NCBI GenBank assembly: GCA_046290465.1
Contig: JBKAGP010000001.1
Coordinates: 6,530,046 to 6,594,045, forward strand
Reading direction: 5' to 3'
DNA length: 64,000 nucleotides
Source of the DNA: Planctomycetota bacterium
GTDB lineage: Bacteria > Planctomycetota > UBA1135 > UBA2386
Within the stretch, counting starts at the first letter, position 1, and each line of letters starts with the position of its first letter. Positions 55,581-62,937 of this stretch are shown in pieces. The translations under genes and the position numbers were made by a program. Under the pieces are notes generated by a model. It ran no database searches. It worked only from the letters and a program-made list of their open reading frames with translations, and was not told the DNA's origin.

Positions 55581-57455
55581 ATGGGATTCATCAACGTCGC
55601 CGAGCGCACGATCAACGCCAAGCTCGTCTGCTATGGCGTTGGAGTAGGTGGCAAGACCACGAGCCTGCAGCAGGTGCACGGCATCTTCTGCCCGCGCAAC
55701 GAGGTGCAGCTGGTCTCAATCAACACCGAGGAGGAGTCGACGCTGCTGTTCGACTTCCTGCCGATCAACCTCGGCACCGTCGGCGGCTTCAAGATCCGCA
55801 TCCAGGGCTTCACCGTGCCCGGCCAGCCCAAGTACAAGCAGATGCGCAAGTACGTGCTGCAGGGGGCCGACGCGGTGGTGTTCGTCGTCGACAGCCAGCG
55901 CAGCCGTCTGGAGGAGAACGTCGAGTCGCTGCAGAGCATGCGCGAGCACCTGCGCGAGCAGCCGGGCACCTCCGAGGACATCCCGATCGTCGCGCAGTAC
56001 AACAAGCGCGACCTCGACGACATCCTGACCGAGCGCGAACTCGACCAGCACTTCTGCTTCCGCGACGACGTGACGTCGTTCCCGTCGGTCGCGACCGAGG
56101 GCCACGGCGTGTTCGAGGCGTTCGTCGAGGCGACCTGCGCGCTGGTCGAACGCAAGGTCGAGCTCTACGGGCTGACCGACGAGGAATGCGCGCCGAGCGA
56201 GGTCGCCGAGGGCGTGCGCCAGAAGCTGTGGGCGATCTGCGACGAGGTCCGCCGCGCGCGCGAGGTCGTGCCGGTCGACGAGCTGCCGCAGACGCGCCTG
56301 TTGCAGGGCGAGGATCGCCCGCAGCAGCCAGCGGACCCGGTGCCGGACGACGTGCTCGATCTGCCCGCCGACGACGGCGGCGACGACCTGGCGGAGACGG
56401 TCGAGCTGCGCGACATGGCGCCGGTGCGCGGGCCCGCCGACGAGGTCCAGCTCGACGACGGCGACGAGGAGTCGTTCGACTTCGGCTACGAGCTGCGCGA
56501 GAGCGCCGAGTCGGCGCGCGCGCCGGACGACGTGCAGAACGGCGACGAGGTGCTCAGCGACGAAGAACTCGACCTCGACCTCAGCGCCGGCGTCGTCGAC
56601 TTCGAGGAGGCGCCGGTCGAGGAGTCCGAACCGGAGCTGCTCGACAAGACCGTGCAGTCCAACCTCGAGCTCGCCGAGCGCTACGGCGAGCTGGACGAGA
56701 AGCGGCTGCAGCTCGAACGCAAGCTGCACGAGCTGGTCGACGTCGCGCAGTGCACCGTGCACGACCTCAACCGCCCGATCAGCGCGCTGCGGCTGATGCT
56801 GTCGACGCTCGACAAGGGCTACCTGGGCGAGCTCAGCGAACCACAGGGTCAGGCGATCGAGAACGGCCTGATGGCCGTGCACCAGATGGAACGGCTGGTG
56901 CGCGACCTGCTCGACAGCTCGCGCCTCGACCACGACGGCGTGCGCCTCGAGTTCACCGAGTGCGACCTGACGCTGCTGGTCGCCGACGTGCTGCGAACGC
57001 TGCGCTACGAGCTGGACGAGTACAGCCTGTTGGTGCGCGTCGAACCGCTGCCGGTGACCAGGGTCGACCAGTGGGCGCTGACCAAGGCGCTGATGAACCT
57101 GATCGGCAATGCGATCGCATACCGGTCCAGCGATCGCACGCCGCTGGTGCGCGTGTTCGCCGAGGACCGCGGCGAGCACTGGGCGCTGGCCGTCAGCGAC
57201 AACGGCATCGGGATTCCCGAGGCCGACCGCGAACGGCTGTTCCGTCGCTTCGAGCGCGGTTCCAACACGTCGGGCATCAGCGGCACGGGCCTCGGCCTGC
57301 ACATCGTCAAGGAGATCGTGCAGGGCCACGGCGGCACCGTCGCGTTCGACAGCGAGGTCGGCCACGGCACGACGTTCTGGCTCAACCTGCCCAAGCAGCC
57401 GGTGCTCGCACCACACTCGCCGATCAGCGACGTCGGCGAGCGCGTCGGGCTGTAG
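55581..57455 (+). CDS. MglA-like small GTPase fused to a histidine kinase (HisKA + HATPase_c)
   Basis: N-terminus: GVGVGGKTT, TLLFDFLP, TVPGQ, VFVVDSQ, NKRD. C-terminus: VHDLNRP (H394), NLIGNA, DNGIGI, LFRRF, GTGLGL. Confidence 0.92.
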   Translation: MGFINVAERTINAKLVCYGVGVGGKTTSLQQVHGIFCPRNEVQLVSINTEEESTLLFDFLPINLGTVGGFKIRIQGFTVPGQPKYKQMRKYVLQGADAVVFVVDSQRSRLEENVESLQSMREHLREQPGTSEDIPIVAQYNKRDLDDILTERELDQHFCFRDDVTSFPSVATEGHGVFEAFVEATCALVERKVELYGLTDEECAPSEVAEGVRQKLWAICDEVRRAREVVPVDELPQTRLLQGEDRPQQPADPVPDDVLDLPADDGGDDLAETVELRDMAPVRGPADEVQLDDGDEESFDFGYELRESAESARAPDDVQNGDEVLSDEELDLDLSAGVVDFEEAPVEESEPELLDKTVQSNLELAERYGELDEKRLQLERKLHELVDVAQCTVHDLNRPISALRLMLSTLDKGYLGELSEPQGQAIENGLMAVHQMERLVRDLLDSSRLDHDGVRLEFTECDLTLLVADVLRTLRYELDEYSLLVRVEPLPVTRVDQWALTKALMNLIGNAIAYRSSDRTPLVRVFAEDRGEHWALAVSDNGIGIPEADRERLFRRFERGSNTSGISGTGLGLHIVKEIVQGHGGTVAFDSEVGHGTTFWLNLPKQPVLAPHSPISDVGERVGL

Positions 57456-57461
57456 CCGGGG

Positions 57462-57547
57462 ATAGGAGCGCGTCCATGTAGTGGACGCGCTGCCAACCGT
57501 GATCGCGGAAGCGGCGTGTACGCGTGCGGACGGGGCTTTGCCCGTAG
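57462..57547 (+). repeat. Dispersed palindromic element, copy 2 (86 bp)
   Basis: ATAG-GAGCGCGTCCATGTAGTGGACGCGCT...GCTTTGCCCG-TAG. Confidence 0.9.
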
Positions 57548-57559
57548 CATGCGGGGGCG

Positions 57560-58165
57560 ATGAAGGCCCTCTCGTTGCTGTGTGCGTTGTCCATGGTCGG
57601 CTGCGCGACCGGTCCGCAGTTCACGTCCATCCTGGAGCCCGGCGCGTTCGCAGGCTGGCACACCGCGCCGGGCGGCACGTGGACCTGGCGCGGCGACGTG
57701 CTGGTCGGCACCAGCCCGAAGAGCGAGCGCCGCCACGGCATCCTGCTCAGCGATGCGCGTTACTCGGACTTCGAGGTCCAGCTCGAGTTCCGCGTGCTCT
57801 CGGGCGACAGCGGCTGCTACTTCCGCGTCGACGAGAAGGGCGGCACGGTCGCGGTGAACGGCTTCCAGTCGGAGGTCGACACCACGCTGGAGACCGGCGG
57901 CCTCTACGAGACCGGCGGCCGCGCGTGGGTCGTCAAGCCGGATCCGCAGCGCATGCGCGAGGTCTACCAGCCCGGCGAGTGGACCTCGCTGCGGATCCGC
58001 GCGGTGGGTCGGGACGTCGACGTCTACGTCAACGGCTACCGGACGGCGTCGCTGCGAGACGATCCCGGCCGCACCGAGGGCCACCTCGGCCTGCAGCTGC
58101 ACGGCGGCCAGGACATGCACGTCGAGTTCCGCAACCTGCAGCTGCTCGACCTGAGCACGCGGTAG
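57560..58165 (+). CDS. DUF1080 (3-keto-disaccharide hydrolase family) lipoprotein
   Basis: Lipobox MVGC; YSDFEVQLEF, DSG, TGGLY, GEW, VNG, GHLGLQLHG, FRNL. Confidence 0.88.
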   Translation: MKALSLLCALSMVGCATGPQFTSILEPGAFAGWHTAPGGTWTWRGDVLVGTSPKSERRHGILLSDARYSDFEVQLEFRVLSGDSGCYFRVDEKGGTVAVNGFQSEVDTTLETGGLYETGGRAWVVKPDPQRMREVYQPGEWTSLRIRAVGRDVDVYVNGYRTASLRDDPGRTEGHLGLQLHGGQDMHVEFRNLQLLDLSTR

Positions 58166-58199
58166 GTGCGGTGTCCCGGTGGCTCGTGCGGCCCCGCGG

Positions 58200-59447
58200 T
58201 CAGCGCAGCGCGTGCACGGCGTCGGCGAACGCCACGCCGATCTGCGCCATCGTCTTCGCGCAGCCGAGGTAGTGGTAGCCGCCGTTCGACGCGCCGCGCC
58301 GGTAGGTGGCGTCGTCCTCGGCGCCGACGATCTCGGCGCGGTACTTCGCCAGGTAGGCCTGCTGCGCCTGCTTGTCCATCGAGCCGTCGGCGTTGGGGCC
58401 GCGCTGGTTCTCGGTGCGCAGCATCCGGGCCATCTGCTGCACCTTGCCGATGCGCTGGCCGATCTCGTCGAGCTCCTGCGACCAGTAGGGGTCGGTCGGC
58501 ACCGCGGCGACGTTGCCGAGGAACTCCTGCATCGCCGCCGGCGCCGCCATCGCGTCGCGGAAGTTCTGGTGCACGGCGCGCTTCTGCCCCGCCTCGACCG
58601 GTCCGCCGACGCCCATCACGCCGATCACGAACGGCAGCTTGGGGGCGTCGAGGTCCTTGCGCACGTCGCGGATGAAGTGCGCCAGGCACTCGCTGTAGCG
58701 GTCGTAGCCGCCCGCCCGGTCGCGCGCCGGGTAGGTGCCGCGGTCGACCATGTCGTTCCATCCCTGGAACCAGACGAACCCGCCGAGCTGGTAACCCGCT
58801 TCGGCGTCGTAGTCCGGGTGGTAGGCCTTGAGGTCGGCGAGCACCTTCTGCACGTAGGCGATGGTGCTGCGGTAGTAGCGGCCCGTCTTCGCCAGCTTGT
58901 CGGCCTTGGCCTGCTCGACGCTGGGCCCCTTGCGCTTCTCGTGTCGGTGCCGCTCGGCGATCTGCGCGAGCTGCTGCTCGGAGAACGGGTAGGGGCCGGC
59001 CGACGGCGGCCGGAAGTCGGTGTGCAGCGACTTGCCGCCCCAGGCGCACTTGATCAGCAGCACCGGGCCGTCGTGCCGTTCGGCCATGCGCAGGCCGAAC
59101 GTGAACTCGGGGCCGATCTTGTCGTCGGACTGCTGCGGGTTGCGGCGCGCACCGAAGCCCGCGGTCAGCTTGCCGGTGACCTCCTGGTCGCCGTCGCGGC
59201 CGCCGGTCAGGTAGGCGATGCGCACGTCGTCGAGCACCACCGGCGCGCCGTCGTCGTCGCGCATCCTTGCCAGCAGCGGCGCGGTCTTCGGGTCGTCGCC
59301 GAGGTAGTCGAACGTCTGGACCTTGGCGTGGCCCTGCATGTTGGACTGGCCGACCAGCACGTAGACCTGCAGCTGCTGCGCGGGCAACAGCGCGCAGCAC
59401 AACGCCGCGGCGGTGGCCGCGGACACGACGGAGCGGAGACGAAGCAT
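58200..59447 (-). CDS. Sialate O-acetylesterase-like SGNH hydrolase (SASA/DUF303)
   Basis: GQSNM, GPEFTFG, IKCAWGG, WFQG, YHY; signal ending LPA|Q; alternative start 59456. Confidence 0.85.
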   Translation of the reverse strand: MLRLRSVVSAATAAALCCALLPAQQLQVYVLVGQSNMQGHAKVQTFDYLGDDPKTAPLLARMRDDDGAPVVLDDVRIAYLTGGRDGDQEVTGKLTAGFGARRNPQQSDDKIGPEFTFGLRMAERHDGPVLLIKCAWGGKSLHTDFRPPSAGPYPFSEQQLAQIAERHRHEKRKGPSVEQAKADKLAKTGRYYRSTIAYVQKVLADLKAYHPDYDAEAGYQLGGFVWFQGWNDMVDRGTYPARDRAGGYDRYSECLAHFIRDVRKDLDAPKLPFVIGVMGVGGPVEAGQKRAVHQNFRDAMAAPAAMQEFLGNVAAVPTDPYWSQELDEIGQRIGKVQQMARMLRTENQRGPNADGSMDKQAQQAYLAKYRAEIVGAEDDATYRRGASNGGYHYLGCAKTMAQIGVAFADAVHALR

Positions 59448-59595
59448 CGTCCGCATCGTAGCGCGCCAGATCGTGTCCCGCTGGATCGTCTCGCGGTGCC
59501 GAGCGCGCGGTGCCATCGCGACAATCGGTGTAACGCGTGCGTCCGGATCGCGCCCAGTGCCTGAGCCCCCCAAGGACAACAAGAAGGAGAAACCC

Positions 59596-61788
59596 ATGCA
59601 CGGCAGACACGCCGTTGCCGCGGCCCTCAAGGTCGCGGTCGTCAGTTCCGTTCTGTACTCGTCGCTCGCAGCGCAGGGCACCTACGCCGAACACACCTAC
59701 GGCGGCTTCGTCAATGCGGTGTGGCTCGAGCGGATCCCGCTGATCAGCGGCGATCCCGACGGCTTCCGCGTCTGGACCGCCGAGGACGGCAGCCGGATCC
59801 GCTTCTACGACTCGGTGACCGACACCACGACCCAGATGAACGTGCTGTCGACGTCGCCGCAGACGCTGCACGACATCTACCTGGACCAGTACCCGGGCAC
59901 CGGCGTCGAGGCGCTGTTCGGCGTCGCGGTCGGCACCGGCGGCGAGGCCGTCTGGTGGGACAGCCTCGGCCACACCAACTGGAAGCCGTTCACGACGCCG
60001 CCGGCACCCGGCAAGGAGCTGTGGGCGTGCGCGGTCGAACACGAGGCGACCGGCACCACCATCTGGGTCAGCGGCGAGGACCACCTGCTGAAGATCTCGC
60101 AGGACCAGGGCGCCACCTGGACCGATGCGCTGTGGACCACCAGCCCGGCGCCGAACGCCGCGCTGACCTCGCTCGACTTCGCCGACTGGTCGCTTGCCGG
60201 CACCAACGGCATCGTCGGCACCGATTCGGGCGAACTGTTCTTCACGACCGACGGCGTCACCTGGACCGCCGGCACGCTCAACGGCCTGCCGTCGCCGGCG
60301 TCGCCGCTGGTCTTCTGGGACATCGACTTCCGTCCGGGCTCGACCACCGAGGCGATCGCCGTCGGCGGCCGCGTCGAGGGCGGCGGCGAGGGCTTCGCCT
60401 GGCGCACGACCGACGGCGGCCAGACCTGGAACCGCGTGCTGACCCAGCTCGACGCGGTCGGCTACACGCGCGTGCCGCAGACGGCGGTGCAGCCGGGCCA
60501 CCCGTGCACCAGCGTGCCGGGCCTGGTGCTCGGCCAGTACACCTACAACGCCTACGCGACGCTCTACGGCGTGCACATGCGGCAGAACGGCCAGGCGCTG
60601 ATCGTCGGCTACGGCAGCCAGACGTGGCGCTACCTGCCCAACAAGGGCTACACGGTGGACGCGTCGGACACCGCGTCGTTCTCGACCGGGCCGCTGTGGG
60701 GCGCGCACGGCGACGGCCAGCAGCAGATCTGGCTGTCCGGCCAGTTCGGCACCCTGCGCCGCACCAGTGACGGCGGCAACACGTTCGAGTCGATGTCGCC
60801 GAACAACTCGTCGCGGTTCCGTTCGCTGGCGTTTCCGACCAAGGACACCGGCTACGTCGTCGGCCAGAGCATGCGCATCCAGAAGACGACCGACGCCGGC
60901 CAGACCTGGACCGAGCAGCTCGCCTATAAGAGCGGCGTCAACCTCGGCCCCGGCATCGAGTCGATCGCGGCCTACGACGTCGACCACGTGGTCGCGATCG
61001 CCAACGGCTTCAACGGTTCTGACCCGGTCGCGTTCGTGACCGCCGACGGTGGCGCGACCTGCTGGACCGAGGTCGACCTGACCCAGGTCGTCGACCAGTC
61101 GCAGGGCGGCGTGGCGCTGATGGACGTCGCCTTCGGCGACCTCGACGGGGTCACCGGCCTGCCGATCTTCTACGTCTCGACCAGCACGACGTCTGCGTGG
61201 AGCGGCCTGATGCGCTCGGTCGACGGCGGCCTGACCTGGACCGAGACCCCGACGCCCGCCGGCACCGACCAGTTCAGCTGGCACGGGGTCGCCGCGCTCG
61301 GCACGACCGCGGTGGTGCTGGTGGGGCACAACGAGACGGCCAACGAGATGGCCGCCTACGTGTCGCTCGACGCCGACAACCCGACGCCGACCTGGACGAG
61401 CCTGTTCCAGAACGCGCCGAACGGCCGCCTGTTCGGCGTCGCGGTCAACGGCGCGACGATGATCGCCGTCGGCACCGGCGGCAGCGTCTACGAGTACAGC
61501 GGCGGCCTGCTGGTGCCGGCGCAGGGCAGCGTCGGCGTCACCAACGCGACGCTGCGTCGCGCTCGGCTCGGCTTCGACGGCCTGATCATCTGGGCCTACG
61601 TCTCGGGTGACGACGGCACGCTGATGCGCAGCGCGCTGACGACCAACCAGTGGGACGTGCTGCACCCGGGTACGACCGACGACATCCTCGGCCTCGACCT
61701 GCGCCTCGACAACGCCAACAACATGGACGCGTGGCTCACCGGTCGCAGCCCGCGCTGGGGCGACAGCGCCGTCATCCACATGCGCTAG
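59596..61788 (+). CDS. Secreted BNR/Asp-box (YCF48-like) beta-propeller protein
   Basis: SD AAGGAG; signal ending LAA|Q; repeats SQDQGATW, TTDGGQTW, TSDGGNTF, TTDAGQTW, SVDGGLTW. Confidence 0.82.
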   Translation: MHGRHAVAAALKVAVVSSVLYSSLAAQGTYAEHTYGGFVNAVWLERIPLISGDPDGFRVWTAEDGSRIRFYDSVTDTTTQMNVLSTSPQTLHDIYLDQYPGTGVEALFGVAVGTGGEAVWWDSLGHTNWKPFTTPPAPGKELWACAVEHEATGTTIWVSGEDHLLKISQDQGATWTDALWTTSPAPNAALTSLDFADWSLAGTNGIVGTDSGELFFTTDGVTWTAGTLNGLPSPASPLVFWDIDFRPGSTTEAIAVGGRVEGGGEGFAWRTTDGGQTWNRVLTQLDAVGYTRVPQTAVQPGHPCTSVPGLVLGQYTYNAYATLYGVHMRQNGQALIVGYGSQTWRYLPNKGYTVDASDTASFSTGPLWGAHGDGQQQIWLSGQFGTLRRTSDGGNTFESMSPNNSSRFRSLAFPTKDTGYVVGQSMRIQKTTDAGQTWTEQLAYKSGVNLGPGIESIAAYDVDHVVAIANGFNGSDPVAFVTADGGATCWTEVDLTQVVDQSQGGVALMDVAFGDLDGVTGLPIFYVSTSTTSAWSGLMRSVDGGLTWTETPTPAGTDQFSWHGVAALGTTAVVLVGHNETANEMAAYVSLDADNPTPTWTSLFQNAPNGRLFGVAVNGATMIAVGTGGSVYEYSGGLLVPAQGSVGVTNATLRRARLGFDGLIIWAYVSGDDGTLMRSALTTNQWDVLHPGTTDDILGLDLRLDNANNMDAWLTGRSPRWGDSAVIHMR

Positions 61789-61871
61789 GAGCGCGTCCAT
61801 GTAGTGGACGCGCTGCCAACCGTGATCGCAGAAGCGGCGTGTACGCGTGCGGACGGGGCTTTGCCCGCTAG
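61785..61871 (+). repeat. Dispersed 87-bp palindromic element, copy 3
   Basis: CTAG...CTAG-flanked; two substitutions relative to copy 1. Confidence 0.9.
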
Positions 61872-61935
61872 CCGATGTGGACCCGGTCGCCACCCAGGGC
61901 CGGGGAAAGCCTCGACCGGGGGTAGCCTCGACCGG

Positions 61936-61974
61936 GAAAAGCAGAAGGCCCGGCTGCAGGACAGCCGGGCCTTC
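61936..61974 (-). terminator. Intrinsic terminator downstream of tRNA-Lys
   Basis: GAAGGCCCGGCTG-CAGGA-CAGCCGGGCCTTC 13-bp stem; followed by TGCTTTT on the minus strand. Confidence 0.75.
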
Positions 61975-61979
61975 GCGTT

Positions 61980-62055
61980 TGGTACCTCCGCTAGGGCTCG
62001 AACCTAGGACCCGCGGATTAAGAATCCGCTGCTCTACCAACTGAGCTACGGAGGC
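61980..62055 (-). tRNA. tRNA-Lys (CTT)
   Basis: GCCTCCGTAGCTCAGTTGGTAGAGCA-GCGGA-TTCTTAA-TCCGC-GGGTCCTAGGTTCGAGCCCTAGCGGAGGTACCA; encoded CCA. Confidence 0.96.
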
Positions 62056-62199
62056 CGGTTGGGGGCGAGGAAGATAGCGATCGCTTCGCCTTCATGCAAG
62101 CTTCCTCTCCGGAGTCATCTCGTTGTGCTTGACGAAGGCATGGGCCGACGGCACACTCCTCCGCCTCATACTCCGCGCGGTTCGCCGGACGGAGTGCAC

Positions 62200-62277
62200 G
62201 GTGGCTATCGCTCAGTCGGTTAGAGCACCAGATTGTGGTTCTGGGGGTCGCGGGTTCGAATCCCGTTAGCCACCCCA
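62200..62277 (+). tRNA. tRNA-His (GTG) with genomically encoded G-1
   Basis: G-GTGGCTA...CCAGA-TTGTGGT-TCTGG...GGTTCGAATCCC..TAGCCAC-C-CCA. Confidence 0.96.
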
Positions 62278-62494
62278 TCTCTCCCGCGCGGCCCCGTTTG
62301 GGCCGACCCGATCGCGCGGGACGTCGGCGTCCCTGGTGGCGCCGCGTTCGGAACTGCGCCGCTGCCTAGCCGCGCGTTGCCGGCCTGGCGCGTTCCCGCG
62401 CCGCGCCGTTTCCCGGCCAGCGTCGTGCAGGCCCATCGCCGCTCGGTCCACCGCCACTTGGCCGGGGCGTTCACCCAGCGGCGCCGCCGCCGTG

Positions 62495-62863
62495 CTACAG
62501 CGTGCGCAGGAAGCGCAGCAGCGCTCCCTGGCCGGCACGTGAGCCGGGGTGGAAGCCGCCCAGGCGCGCCGTCCGGCTGGTGCGGGCATCCTGCAGTTCG
62601 GGGCCGAACGTCGCCATCGCCAGCGCCGGATCGACGGTCCCCAGCGACGTCGCCACCTTTTGCGCGAGACCCGGCCGCACGTCCGGACCGACCACCAGGC
62701 AGTCGTGGCCGCCGGCGCCGAAGAACGTCGTGCGCGCCGCCTGCAGGTCGCCCGCGGTATCGACCTGGAGGCCCTCCTCGCGCAGGGTCTGCAGCAGCGG
62801 ACCCATCGGCTTGGGGTCGCCAAGCAGCAGCAGGACTCCGAGGTTGCGGTCGTCGTTCGGCAA
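62495..62863 (-). CDS. Small pseudo-receiver-like (CheY-fold) protein
   Basis: VLLLLGD...LLQTLREEGLQVDTAGDLQAA...HDCLVVGPD pattern; TTG start uncertain. Confidence 0.5.
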   Translation of the reverse strand: MPNDDRNLGVLLLLGDPKPMGPLLQTLREEGLQVDTAGDLQAARTTFFGAGGHDCLVVGPDVRPGLAQKVATSLGTVDPALAMATFGPELQDARTSRTARLGGFHPGSRAGQGALLRFLRTL

Positions 62864-62937
62864 GACTCCGGTTTCTTCGTCCCTCGGCGCGGGGAAGGTC
62901 AAGCCCGCTTCGAGGCATGGTCGATGGCTTCCTTGCC

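Noticed and set aside
44241..62007. Apparent small protein family starting MDALPTVIAEAACT (ORFs at 44241, 57481, 61804)
   Set aside because: These are translations of the dispersed repeat running into unrelated flanks or overlapping real genes
58036..62040. Very long alternative-frame ORFs (e.g. 58036..62040 -, 47208..50180 -, 28198..30981 +, 21160..23697 -)
   Set aside because: Shadow ORFs of high-GC coding DNA; Arg/Ala/Gly-rich without motifs and overlapping well-supported genes or tRNAs
61980..62277. tRNA-anchored prophage or genomic island
   Set aside because: No integrase, and no duplicated tRNA 3' end seen in the window
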